A stretch of 63,424 bases of DNA, filler included. It is 19 parts of 19 records of this genome, joined end to end, with 100 filler letters (N's around TTAATTAATTAA, not from the genome) between each part and the next. Parts side by side here need not be neighbours in the genome. Positions count along the whole stretch, not along the records: positions 48,947 to 51,317 come from SRR16133337_63268; positions 51,418 to 54,871 come from SRR16133337_63417; positions 54,972 to 57,000 come from SRR16133337_63516; positions 57,101 to 59,969 come from SRR16133337_63611; positions 60,070 to 63,424 come from SRR16133337_63664; 14 more parts are not named here. One strand, written 5' to 3'. Position 1 is the stretch's first letter. Each line of letters starts with the position of its first letter. The notes under the pieces were generated by a model. That model was not told the DNA's origin. It searched no databases and was given only the letters and a program-made list of their open reading frames with translations. The position numbers were made by a program, and so were the translations under genes. This document shows positions 48,947 to 60,222 of this stretch, piece by piece.

Positions 48947-50334
48947 TCTTTGTCGATAAAATGAGATAAAACAAATTTCTCATTATATAATTCTTTTGAA
49001 TAATAAGTGAAAAATTTATTAAATAAAGTTATGTTTTCTTTTAACTCAGGTTCTGATTTGTCGATTTCGATATTTATTTTGGATAATCTTTTTTTCTTTT
49101 CAGAGATGCTTTTTTCTAAGCTTTTTATTTGTTCTAATTTCTCGTCAAATTGACCCTTCTTTTCAAATTTTGTATTCAATTCAGAAACTAATAAATCATA
49201 GTCTGCTAACGAACCTGTATTTAATAACTTTTTCCCTATTGCTTCTTCTTCTTGCAATTCGAGGTTTAAATTATTCTTTAATTCTTCCGTTTCTTTTTCA
49301 ATGATAGGAATCCCTTTTGAAATGAATTTGAGTTTATTTTGTATTAGAGAGTTGTGAAACTTTACAGCATCTTCAAATTTCTTCTGTAAGGCAGGAATAA
49401 AGGATTGCGTCTCAGAATACAGTGTTTGTAATGCTTCCTTGTCAACAGTAGAAATATTATCTTTTAAATCGCTAATATTTTCTTGCATTAAATTTAAACG
49501 CATCTGCTTTTCCGCTAGTTTAGAAGAAATTGTATTTATTTTTTCTTTTATAAATTTCAATTTTTCAAACTCTTCTTGATATTTAGGAGAAACATTGAAC
49601 TCTTTCTTCTTATTGTTTAATTCTTCAATATCATTTTGTAAAGTCTTTAAAACTTGTTCAATTGTAGTTGAAGGCTGATTTTTTGAGATCTTAGTTAGAT
49701 AATTAGTTTCTGATTTTAATTGTTCCCTAACAATTTGTTTTTCTGATAAAAGTTCATTTTTCCCTTTTACCCCAAGCATATAAAGGAATATTGTTTCGTA
49801 AACCGTATCTTTTGTTACAGGTAAATATTTAAGGATATTATTCATTTTTAAAGCATCATTCCGTATGAAACGAGATGCTATTTGTCGGAATGTAGGTTTA
49901 TCAGATTTAATCCCAAAAATTATTTCATTTAATTTAGGATTGTAGTCTTCCTTTAAATTAGGGAAATTTTCTCCGTTAATTGATGCTATTTTTTCTTTAC
50001 GTTGTAAGAAATTTCTTTTTAAAATTATCTCTTTAGAGCTATCTTCTTGAAGAGAAGATGTTAAACATACTGAAACTTCTACATTATTATTAATTAGAAA
50101 TTGTTTAACATTCGTATCAGTATTTTTAAATTCTGCACCTTGATAAATATCCTTACCACTACTGCCAAGGCAGTAATCAATTAATCTTAGAACAGTAGTC
50201 TTTCCAACATTGTTACCCGATTCTTGTATTTTTGACTCAGGAGTAGTATCAACAATAAGGTTTACTCCTTTTTTGAAGTCAATTTTACGGAGTGTTTTTC
50301 CGTTCTTTATTATGTGGAGGTACTTTAAAAACAT
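48947..50334 (-). CDS. SMC-like ABC ATPase, DUF2326 family (ABC three-component / Lamassu LmuB-like), 3' cut
   Basis: FKKGVNLIVD, Walker A SGNNVGKTT, LIDYCLG, long coiled coil, FHNSL. Confidence 0.88.
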
Positions 50335-50561
50335 TTTTGTAATTGTCCTTTATTATTTAAGGTAACTAAATCTAAAAGGTATAACCAATCAATAGCAAGA
50401 ACATATTGATTAAATGAACATTTGTGATTTGAACTAATATGGTTTTGATATAAATCAAACAAATCCAAATCTGTTTTGTTTTGTTTTTTGATAGTCTCCA
50501 ATAGCTGAGCCCCAATAAAATATAAACTATATTCAGGTTTTATGTCTCTTGGTAAAATCAT
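50325..50561 (-). CDS. ABC three-component middle component (LmuC-like)
   Basis: 78 aa, MILP.DIKPE.SLYFIGA..L, LAIDWLYLL; overlaps both neighbours. Confidence 0.85.
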   Translation of the reverse strand: MILPRDIKPEYSLYFIGAQLLETIKKQNKTDLDLFDLYQNHISSNHKCSFNQYVLAIDWLYLLDLVTLNNKGQLQKCF

Positions 50562-51109
50562 TGTTCGTTAGGGTCTTCTAAAATTTTACATTGAATAAAT
50601 GCGTCTGCTACAATAATTTGAATAGCAGAATGAACATCTTCATTTTCAACATCCAAATTTGATGATTTTAAAATCTCGGCATCCAATTTTGTTATTATGT
50701 TTTCAATAATTAAATCTGCATTATCACGAATAACGTCAATATTATTAGTTTGTGTTAGGCTTCCCTTTTCTGCTTTATAAAAGTCAGAAACCACCCTTAA
50801 TAGTTTCCCTTTTTTCCCTGGTTTTTCTTGTTCAAGAATTTTATATATACCTTCTAATACTTTTCCATAAAGACCATACTCGTTAATTAAGTATCGGTAT
50901 TTAGCTATATTATTGTGTTTTATCTTTTTTTCAATTTCTGGGAATTCTTTTAGGATCCCAAAATCAGTTTTCTTTTCAAGGTCAATTTTTGAAATAGCAT
51001 TGACAACTCTTGCAATTACAGATTTATTTTTTAAAACATTAATAATATTAATATCTCTATTTGCTTGGTAACCTGTAGAGTCCTCACTATTGTTTTGCTC
51101 TAAACTCAT
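50558..51109 (-). CDS. ABC three-component C-terminal-domain protein (LmuA-like) with no enzymatic effector; N-terminal STGYQANRDINI motif
   Basis: IEKKIKHNNI, IIVADAFIQCKILEDP end; ATGA overlaps with both neighbours. Confidence 0.8.
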   Translation of the reverse strand: MSLEQNNSEDSTGYQANRDINIINVLKNKSVIARVVNAISKIDLEKKTDFGILKEFPEIEKKIKHNNIAKYRYLINEYGLYGKVLEGIYKILEQEKPGKKGKLLRVVSDFYKAEKGSLTQTNNIDVIRDNADLIIENIITKLDAEILKSSNLDVENEDVHSAIQIIVADAFIQCKILEDPNEQ

Positions 51110-51279
51110 TTTTGATTTATATTAATATCTCTCCCTGATTGATAACCCGTAGAATTGCCTTTCATTTTTTGTTTCTGAGTGACTTGTTTCTTGTATTTAT
51201 TCTTTTGTATCATTTGAATAATACCAAAAATCAACATAATTAAACCAAAAAACCAACTTGAAATTGAGTAGAAATCCAT
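51106..51279 (-). CDS. Unannotated 57-aa single-TM protein with C-terminal STGYQSGRDINI motif
   Basis: Own translation MDFYSISSWFFGLIMLIFGIIQMIQKNKYKKQVTQKQKMKGNSTGYQSGRDININQK*; stop overlaps next ATG (ATGA); TATATTTG -7 box at 51296-51303. Confidence 0.82.
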   Translation of the reverse strand: MDFYSISSWFFGLIMLIFGIIQMIQKNKYKKQVTQKQKMKGNSTGYQSGRDININQK

Positions 51280-51417
51280 AAGCCTCTTTTTTTAGCAAAT
51301 ATAATAAATTATAATTANNNNNNNNNNNNNNNNNNNNNNNNNNNNNNNNNNNNNNNNNNNNTTAATTAATTAANNNNNNNNNNNNNNNNNNNNNNNNNNN
51401 NNNNNNNNNNNNNNNNN

Positions 51418-51799
51418 AAGGAGGATTTAAGAGCTTGATAATGGATAATGTTTCTGCAAACAAGCAAGCTACATAGGGAACAAAAAAAGCAAAAAACTCT
51501 ATACGATTTATCTTTCCATCTGCATGAAGATCAGGAAAGAAAAAAATAAAGAAAACAGCAAATTTGAGAAAGCTTCCTATCATAAACAAAAAACCTAGTT
51601 GGTCGCGGTATTTTTTACGAAAAAAGAATAACCCGCTAAAAATAACAGTAACTAGCAAAAAGTTTAGGAAATAGGCCCACACAATTTTGTTCTCTAAAAG
51701 AGGGAAATCAAAATAATAAAGAAAAGTCAAATGAACACTAAAAACGAGGATCAAAAAAAACGATAATTTCAAAAAAAACAAACGTATTTGTTTCGGCAT
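51418..51799 (-). CDS. Four-TM membrane protein of the atp upstream region (DUF6168/AtpI-like), end at contig edge
   Basis: QLGFLFMIGSFLKF, FFVPY; follows atpZ-like gene. Confidence 0.75.
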
Positions 51800-51803
51800 G
51801 GAC

Positions 51804-52031
51804 TTATTTTGGGTTTTGAATTTTTTTTAATTGAGCTAAAAGGCTGTACATAGAAACCAAAAAAGCAAGGAGAACTAAAGTTAGGGTACACCACCTTCCA
51901 AGTCCATAAGATGCCTCTAACTTTTTTCCAAAGTAGGCGGCCAAATACATGGTAACTCCCATTTGAATTCCAACGCTCGATAATCGAATAAATGTATTAA
52001 GCGGTTTTTTCTGTGGATTTTTTAAGTTCAT
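51804..52031 (-). CDS. AtpZ/AtpI-family small membrane protein
   Basis: SSVGIQMGVTMYLAAYFGKKL; two TM segments. Confidence 0.82.
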   Translation of the reverse strand: MNLKNPQKKPLNTFIRLSSVGIQMGVTMYLAAYFGKKLEASYGLGRWCTLTLVLLAFLVSMYSLLAQLKKIQNPK

Positions 52032-52401
52032 TTTGATTGAGATCTTTAACCATGCCTTTCATACTACAAGTAGCATTAAAAGAGGCACCAGGTTCTACCG
52101 TTAATTTACCTATAGTGACTTCTCCATGGATGATAGCTGTTGTTTTTAAAGTGAGCATATCGTTGATTAATAAGCTTCCTGAAACTTCCCCTTCAATATC
52201 TGCATTGGGAGATTCTATCAAGCCTTTTACCTTTCCTTCTTTACCAATAATGACCCTTCCTTTAGCTCGTACATTTCCTTCAACAGTTCCATCAATTCTA
52301 AAATCACCTTCAGAGTTGATATCTCCAATAATGATTGTTTTTTTACCAATAACATTTCTTTCCAAAATAGGGTTTTCTTTTATTTTAGGATCTTTAAACA
52401 T
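51997..52401 (-). CDS. Bactofilin (polymer-forming cytoskeletal protein)
   Basis: IGDINSEGDFRIDGTVEG, VIIGKEGKVKG, LTVEPGASFNATCSM. Confidence 0.93.
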   Translation of the reverse strand: MFKDPKIKENPILERNVIGKKTIIIGDINSEGDFRIDGTVEGNVRAKGRVIIGKEGKVKGLIESPNADIEGEVSGSLLINDMLTLKTTAIIHGEVTIGKLTVEPGASFNATCSMKGMVKDLNQNELKKSTEKTA

Positions 52402-52413
52402 ATACAGGGATTT

Positions 52414-54666
52414 TTAGTTTATTTTAAGAATTAATTCTTTTGCTTTTTTGCTTTCTACAGTGTTCGCATAATTTAAAACAATATATTCCAACGCTTCCTT
52501 AAAAGCTTCTTTTCCTTTTAATTTGGCAATAGCATAGGCTTTCAACAAGTCTAATTTTGGAAGAATTGAAGATCCTTCAAAGATAGGAAATGCCTCTGAA
52601 ATATCATAAAGTGTTTGCGTATAATCTTCGGATTGATATTGCAAATAGATTTCTTTATACTTGCTTTCAGGTGTCAAGCCATTATTTTTTGCGGCATTTA
52701 ATTTTTCTGGATTCAACAGGATTTGTGCAAAAACAGACTTGGGAAATTGATTGATAATTATATTTTTATACAGTGCCGCTTTTGGATCTTTTAATTCCGT
52801 ATAAATTTTATACAAATGGTAATTTGTTCCTAAAACAAGTTTCCCTTCTGGGGAAATAATCAGGAGTTTTTCTAACTTTTCAATAGCTAACAAAGGCTTT
52901 TTAAACTGTTCTTTGTATAGCAATCCCAATTGATAATAAGTCTTACTCATCAACTCAGAAATACTGTCAAGCTCTCTTTGTGTACTTGGCAATTGCTCTA
53001 AATAATAGGCTACTTTATATTTTTCAGGAACTACTTCTGGTTTGGAACTTTCCTCAATAGCGGTTTCTTTTTGAACTTCCTCTGTTTGAATCCTAGATTT
53101 TTCTGACCAACGCCAATTGTCTTTTAATTCTCTAGTACCCCATACTTTTTTAAACTCTTGTTCGCCAAAACTCAATGTCCGTGTATTGTAAAAATACCAT
53201 TTCCCTTTGTAATCCTTTAATTGTTGGTCACCAAGACGAGCCATTCCTAAATTTTGATGTTTTTCCAAATCCTTTTTAAATGCGGCGGTTTCTTTTGCTA
53301 CGGCCTCTTTTTCTTTGAGAAGTTTGATATAAGACTCAAAATAAAAAGACTGCTCTTCTTTATCCATAGAAATAATATTCCACAAACTATCATTTCTTTG
53401 AAGAATGTCTTCAAAAGTTAAAACCACTTCTAAACTTTGATGTTTTCTTTTTAGACTCCGAATACGTTTTGTGTTTATTTTTTTTGATACTTGCAAGACA
53501 CTGTCATAATAGGTTCTTGCCAAAAAATAATCAGCTTCTTCAAAATAAAGATTTCCTAAACTTTCAAAAGACAAGCCTTTTTGAAAATCTTTGGTGTTTT
53601 TTGTATGAATTGAATGATTATAGCTTTCAATAGCAAGTTCTCTGTTGCCTTGTTTCTCTTCTAAAATAGCCAACTGATAATAAAGTTCATCAAGATAAGG
53701 TCTGTTGTCTCTATTCTGTATAAGCTTTTGAAGTTTCTCTACCAAGAGTGTTGCATCATCTCCTTGTCTGTGATTTTTTATTTTTTCAATTTCTGCGTGG
53801 ATTCTGTATTTATAGGGAGCTTTTTTGAATGCTATCAATTCTTGAAATGCTTGCTGCGACAACTCAACATTATCTGTTTGACGGTATAATTGTCCTAAGA
53901 TCAATAAGTTCCTCGATTTTTTTTGAGGATTTTTACTGTATACAACAGCTTTCTTTAAGTGATCTATAGTCAAAAAAAGACTATCTAATTGTCTGTAAGC
54001 AATTGCCATTGCGATATGTGCATCTTCTACAACATTCTCTGAAATTTTTTCTTTTTGAAGTAAGGTCTTTAAAGAAGTTATCGCAAGATCTTCATTTTGC
54101 AAACGTATATTGGTTTTTGCTCTCCAAACCAAGGTTTCATCGATCAAATTTGCTTCAGGATAGTTTTTTATGACATAGGTAAATGCCTCTAAAGCAGGGA
54201 CAAATCTTTGCGAATAGTACCTTGCTTTTCCTAATAATAAAAAAGCATCATCAATTTTTCGGTTGCGTTCAATGTCTTCAAAATTCATGGAATGTTTTTG
54301 CACAGCTTTTACTGCTTTTTCTTCTGCGATTTCAAAAAAACTCAACTTTTTATTTGAAACATTCTCTTCTTCTATTTTTTCCTCGTCTTTTGTTTTTTTA
54401 TGAATAGGAATTTCCAATATTTCTTCTTTTTCTTTTCTTTTTATCTCTAAGGGTTCTATGGGAAGGACGGTCCAATAATTATCATTGTACTGATTATTGA
54501 TCTCGGAGAGTCCTGTCTGAAACGCAAGCTCTCCATTGTATAAAATATTATACCCTGTTGTCATAGCATGGTACTCTCGATTGAGAAATCGATTCTTTTT
54601 GGTACTACAGCCTACAAGGATGACCCCAATAAAAAAGATAATTTTAGGGACGTGTTTTTTATTCAA
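52414..54666 (-). CDS. sprE: TPR lipoprotein SprE/PorW of the type IX secretion system
   Basis: Lipobox LVGC-STKKN, YNILYNG, KAVQKHSM, WYFYN, WGTRELKDNWRWS; upstream of bactofilin. Confidence 0.88.
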   Translation of the reverse strand: MNKKHVPKIIFFIGVILVGCSTKKNRFLNREYHAMTTGYNILYNGELAFQTGLSEINNQYNDNYWTVLPIEPLEIKRKEKEEILEIPIHKKTKDEEKIEEENVSNKKLSFFEIAEEKAVKAVQKHSMNFEDIERNRKIDDAFLLLGKARYYSQRFVPALEAFTYVIKNYPEANLIDETLVWRAKTNIRLQNEDLAITSLKTLLQKEKISENVVEDAHIAMAIAYRQLDSLFLTIDHLKKAVVYSKNPQKKSRNLLILGQLYRQTDNVELSQQAFQELIAFKKAPYKYRIHAEIEKIKNHRQGDDATLLVEKLQKLIQNRDNRPYLDELYYQLAILEEKQGNRELAIESYNHSIHTKNTKDFQKGLSFESLGNLYFEEADYFLARTYYDSVLQVSKKINTKRIRSLKRKHQSLEVVLTFEDILQRNDSLWNIISMDKEEQSFYFESYIKLLKEKEAVAKETAAFKKDLEKHQNLGMARLGDQQLKDYKGKWYFYNTRTLSFGEQEFKKVWGTRELKDNWRWSEKSRIQTEEVQKETAIEESSKPEVVPEKYKVAYYLEQLPSTQRELDSISELMSKTYYQLGLLYKEQFKKPLLAIEKLEKLLIISPEGKLVLGTNYHLYKIYTELKDPKAALYKNIIINQFPKSVFAQILLNPEKLNAAKNNGLTPESKYKEIYLQYQSEDYTQTLYDISEAFPIFEGSSILPKLDLLKAYAIAKLKGKEAFKEALEYIVLNYANTVESKKAKELILKIN

Positions 54667-55442
54667 TTCTTTTTAATTTAACAGGTATGAAGGTTGCTTC
54701 CTTTTTTATTTTAAGGATCCTACAAAGCGTAAAAGTACAAATTATATGATGAATAAAAATCGGAAAGTTAACGAGAAGCCAAAAGTTTGAAAGTCAAAGG
54801 TCTTCCAGTTCACAACGGACAACCCGACCGCAAGATAACCTGACTGCAAGACAAAAAAAAGACGGCATCACNNNNNNNNNNNNNNNNNNNNNNNNNNNNN
54901 NNNNNNNNNNNNNNNTTAATTAATTAANNNNNNNNNNNNNNNNNNNNNNNNNNNNNNNNNNNNNNNNNNNNAACAACCCCAACCACAACTCCAAAAAACT
55001 GTATGGCCGGATTTTTGACAAACAACATCATCTTCATTTGAATCAATTTGAGCAACAACAGAACACAACAAATTTGCCAACACCGAATGAATGTACACGC
55101 TATTGTGAACCCTACAATAAGTAACCCGTGAATTTCAACTAAAATTGTCATGCTCCTTTGCACCACCCCACCATTTTGAGCAAAAGAATTTGACAAGGAA
55201 AAAACTTTTTCATTTTGAAAAAGCTTGTGATTGTTCAAAAATATCCATTACACCCGATTTCGCAGCTTGACTGCAGTGTGCTCTCGCAATACAATTGTGC
55301 TATTGTTTCACTAGGCCAGCAGCCGCCATGAAATTGCTTCAACAAGTGTAAATGAAAGAAGTGAACTGGTTGACGATGGGGGTTTAGTGACTTAAAAATT
55401 TTCTGAAAAACACGTTTTCTTATGCGTGCTGCGTTAATTCCA

Positions 55443-55501
55443 GAAGCGCGTTTTAGGCTCATGACTCAACGAGGTCCGAGGATCGAAACCTGGATTCACT
55501 A
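55443..55501 (+). pseudogene. Degenerate eukaryotic initiator tRNA-Met (3' two-thirds) or tRNA-derived repeat
   Basis: GAAGCGCG..GGCT-CAT-GAC..GAGGTCCGAG-GATCGAAA-CC; the GATCGAAA T-loop is typical of eukaryotic tRNAi; stems mismatched; T-run follows. Confidence 0.5.
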
Positions 55502-57638
55502 GATTTCTTTTTCTATACAAAATGTTCAAAAATGTTCAAAAATATCCTCTTTCCTATACTTATTTTGTTGTAATACTGTTTTTTGTTGATTAAAAGTAAA
55601 GTTTACAAATGTTTGGGAACCTACAATACAGTAGGTTTGAATTTTGCATGTAATTACTTACTAATTCATAAGTTTTTCTTTCAAAAATTCAATGCCAATG
55701 TATACATTGCTCTTTTAAAATATTGTCATAAAACCCAGCTTATTTCTAGTGAAAAAATGGATTCATCACGAAAACAAAAATTGATTTTTCATAACGGCAC
55801 GAGCGGTGGTTGGTAGCTCACATTGAAATTATACACATAAAAAATATACATTAGCTATAGATATACTAATATTTCAACACACAACACGGATTTGATCCAA
55901 CACAACACGGATCTGAGATCCGGGATGCTGTTGGCACCCAGACACCGATATTTATCCGCCACAAGGGTGAGTATCCTAACTTCAGAAAAGCCAATGAAAG
56001 AAATTTTGGAGTGGTGATATGTGGTGTAGGTTGGGGACGTGGTAGTAGTATGTAACAAAGAGAGAGATTACAGTATGTTTAAACAAACGATATAGTTGTG
56101 TGGTAATGAACTACTCATCCAACGTCAACACAGAATGATAGTCATTTCATTGTGAAAAAATCAAATTTTGCATGAACAATTGATGGTAGCTTAACTACTA
56201 TAGTCTTATTTGATATGCACTTTAAAACGTTGGTTTCGATTGTGCTACGTATCTTCTAGTTTTGGTGAAATAAATATATGGCTGTTGTTGTGAAAGTGTA
56301 TCACCATTTATTTGATTAAAGTTTTGGTGGCCTAAGAAGTGAAATCTTTCCAATTATTTGATACACTCCTATAATTTTCATTTGTGTGTTTAGATGACTC
56401 CGATGACGAAATTCAGATCCGCAAGAAACGGAAACGAAAAGGTAAACAAAATTGTTGTATGTTTTGTGTCTGCATTTTATTTTTGCTGCTCTACATGTTT
56501 GTATAACCCAACTTACACACACACACACAATCTTTTCTTGCATAAATTACTGTCTATAGAAAATTGACATTCATTTTTTAAAATCATTAAAACAAGCCTT
56601 GAAAGTCGTAATGCTTCAGGGCTTATTAAGATGTATTGTTTTGTGAAACACGTCGTCTTATATCAAATCCAAATCATCTGAAAACTATTTGTAGATTTCA
56701 AGTCATTGCACAAAAGATATGAATTTGAAAAACTCAAAATGTTAATTCTTGAAAAACAATAAGATTTTCTGGATTTGTTTAGCAGAAAAAGTGAAAGCAT
56801 TTTTGACTGTTGGTTATTTAGAACAAAAAGGGTTAATGAAAGTAATGTAATATCCGTTGTTTGTTTGTCAATGTGAAATTTTTTAAAAAGACATCATTCC
56901 TTTGCAATTAAAACCGAACGGCGTACGGTATCACAAAGTTGGTACGACCTTTAACATGATAAAACTATCGTTTAAGGTGTTTCTTTAGTAGGATGACTGG
57001 NNNNNNNNNNNNNNNNNNNNNNNNNNNNNNNNNNNNNNNNNNNNTTAATTAATTAANNNNNNNNNNNNNNNNNNNNNNNNNNNNNNNNNNNNNNNNNNNN
57101 AAAATTAAAAAACCAAACGGTGAAAAGAGAACTACCAAGCAGAAAAACACGTCACAGCTTCATAAGGAGATATATTTCGATTATTATTATAATCCTTTTC
57201 AATCCTATCACAAAAAAATCATATTACCATCATATTTTCAACAAAATAAGGCAAAGACAAGATTTTTAACAATATGAGGCATAAAAAAAGGGTTATTTAA
57301 AAAAACGATTTATAAAAGTTGTTTTTTAATAAAAAAAGTTTTACAAATATAAATTGTTTATGATGTGTAGTATGATCAACCTGTTTCAATGAAAGATAAT
57401 GTTGTACTAGCTAGAAAATGACCGCTAGCTGTAGGTTTTTGTTTTGGGGGTGGGGTTACATTACACAGACGCAGGTAGATCAAAACATTTTAAAAAAGAA
57501 TTGCAATTAGCAAACAAGTTTGATAAAGGTCATATGCAAATTTCTAACAATGTCTAAGTTTTGAGTCAATGAAACATAAAAACAAACAAATATACAAAAT
57601 GTAAATTTATATAATAAAATTTGTCATATAAAGAAAAA

Positions 57639-59969
57639 TTACAATTTTTTATTTAGTCCATTTCTTTTTGTATCAAATAAGTTTATAAAATGTGCTTCTC
57701 TAGTCTTTCTGAAGTTAGATGATTCTATTCTGCATTTCTCTATGACAGCCAATTTCATATTATTTTCGGTATGACCAGGTAAATTAAAATGTTTTCCAGT
57801 AGGGTATTTGTCAGGTTCAGCACATCTAACATATCCAATGTGTTGGCTGAAGCGATCCTTAAGTCTGGCACCAGTCTCACCAATATACTCCACAAATTTA
57901 CAGGCAGGTTTGTCACAAGATATACAATAAACAACATTGCTGGTTTCACAGGTAACAAGGTCAGGTAAATCTACTATAACTTTCTTATTATTAGAGCTAC
58001 GTACTTGTTTCCCTTCTACTATGTGCTTACAGGTGCTACATCTTGGTTTTTGACATTTCTTTAGGCCAGGTAGAATGCGTTGGTCACGTGATGGTAATTT
58101 AGTTTTGACTAGTTTGGATCTAAGACTAGAGTTCTTTGACTGTCTAAAGGCAACCATTGGGGGCTTGTCAAATACATCTTTAAGGTGTTGGTCATTGGTT
58201 GTCATAAAGTTCCAGGCATCCTTCAGGATTCTTGTCACAGGGGGGAGGGATGGGTGGTATGTTACAACAAAAGGAATTCGGTCAACTTTTTTCCTTATAA
58301 CCTTTTTTAAGGTTTGGGCTCTAGTTAGCTGAAGAGATTTTTTTATGGTAGCATCTAGCAGCTTTTTATCATAACCTCTTGGGAGCAGAAAGGCTTTCAA
58401 CTCATCTAGGCGCTTCAACAGGGTAGGTCTTAGAGAACAAATTCTGACTATTCTGTAGCATAAGGAGTATGGTATATTTTCTAGAACATGAGGGGGGTGG
58501 CAGGATTCATTGGTGAGGTATTGGTGGGTATTTGTAGGTTTGTCATAAAGGTCAGTAATAATTTTCTCATCAATAATTTCGACTTGTGTATCAAGGAAAG
58601 GAATACTTCTGCTTGTATAGCAGAAACAGTCATGTGGAGTATCTTTAGGTGTAGAACAAGGAAATGGGCAGGTATAGCTGTAGGTGAATTTAATTGTAGG
58701 GTGGAGGGTATTTATTTCACTTAGATAGAGTTCCAGCTGTTCATGTGATCCTAGCCAGAAGCTGATGATGTCATCCAGGAATCTTCCCATCCTTCTGATA
58801 GGATCCATACCTGGTTGGATATCTTGAGCTAGTTTTCTTAGTTTAGGGTCAATGAGCATGCCCATAGTTATAGAAGAAGAGTTTACTGCTGATGATGTTC
58901 CCATGGCTGTTCCAATAGTTTGACGGTAAAGATTTTTGTCAAACTCAAAGAAGTTACAGGTAAACACTAGATCTAGTAGCTGGAGAAGGAAGTTAGAGGG
59001 TACAGTTTTGTCTGGTCTTGCATGTAAGGCTTCAGCCATAGCTAACACTGCATCTTCCTTACAAATGTTAGTATATAATGCTGTAACATCAATTGTCACA
59101 ATAATAGCATCATTTGGGATCCCTCCTTCACTATTTATCTCTTCACACATATTGAGGAAGTCTCTTGTATCTTCAAGGTAGGTTGGTAGTTGTTTTACAA
59201 TATCTCTAGTGTGATGATCAACAAATCTAGAAATTTGTTCTGTAATGGAACCATTACCACTTATAATAGGTCTACCTGGAGGGATGGTTCCCTCTGGAAA
59301 CTCCTTGTGGACTTTGGAGAGTTGATAAAACTTCCCTACTCCACATTCAGAGGGATCCATTGCTCTGTACTCCTGCTGGGTAATCCATTTGTTTGTTTTA
59401 GCAGTCTCTAAAACTGATGATATCCGTTTTTTTGCTATTTTTAACTCTTGTTCTGTAGCTCTGACATAATATGGTAAGCTTGTGCCATCTGGTTGTAGCT
59501 GTTTCGAGTTTAGGTGTTGATTACAGCTGTCTATATAGTCATCATACCTTAGGATAACAGTACCACTTCCTTTATCTGCAGGCTTGATAATAATTTCTTT
59601 ATCATTCTGACGCCGTTGTAGATCTAAAAGGGCTGAATATTCATCATCAGGGATATTTCTACGTGCAGGATTAAGTAGATCTTTATTCCAGAGTCTTCTA
59701 TTACACAGGTTTGATTCTACTGTACTAAGGAAGCCTGTTAGAGCCCTGGGTGTTGGCCCAGGTGGTATGTTGGTTTTCTCTTGTTTGAATAATGGTGGTT
59801 GGTAATCTTGATTTTCCATTCCATGCATATATTCTTTCCATAGGCATCTCCTGCTAAACATTTTACAGTCAGTCTTCATTTCAGATATTGTAGGAGCTGG
59901 ACCTTTAATGGAGAAGCTTAATCCACGGTGTAGAAGTCTCTTAGTAGGTTCATCTAATTGTATGTTGGA
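57639..59969 (-). mobile_element. Penelope-like retroelement ORF (RT + C-terminal GIY-YIG endonuclease), 5' cut
   Basis: IKPADKGSG, KVHK, GRPIISG, IDVTALYTNI, GTAMG, RFLDD, PFLD, NVVYCISC...YIGET, GLN. Confidence 0.95.
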
Positions 59970-60222
59970 NNNNNNNNNNNNNNNNNNNNNNNNNNNNNNN
60001 NNNNNNNNNNNNNTTAATTAATTAANNNNNNNNNNNNNNNNNNNNNNNNNNNNNNNNNNNNNNNNNNNNTATAGTTGAGATTTTGCACTTTAACCCTACT
60101 AGCTTTATTATGTATATGCAGAACTCTATTGAATTCCTCTATGGAATCCTATTTTATTAAATGTTAACTAGTAGTCTTTGAGCATGCCACTTAACCCATT
60201 TAGGTTAATTCTTATTATTAAT

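Noticed and set aside
2954-60069. Regularly recurring TTAATTAATTAA palindrome as a CRISPR or biological repeat
   Set aside because: Always embedded in fixed-length N runs; it is a concatenation linker. ORFs ending in X..LIN are artefacts of it.
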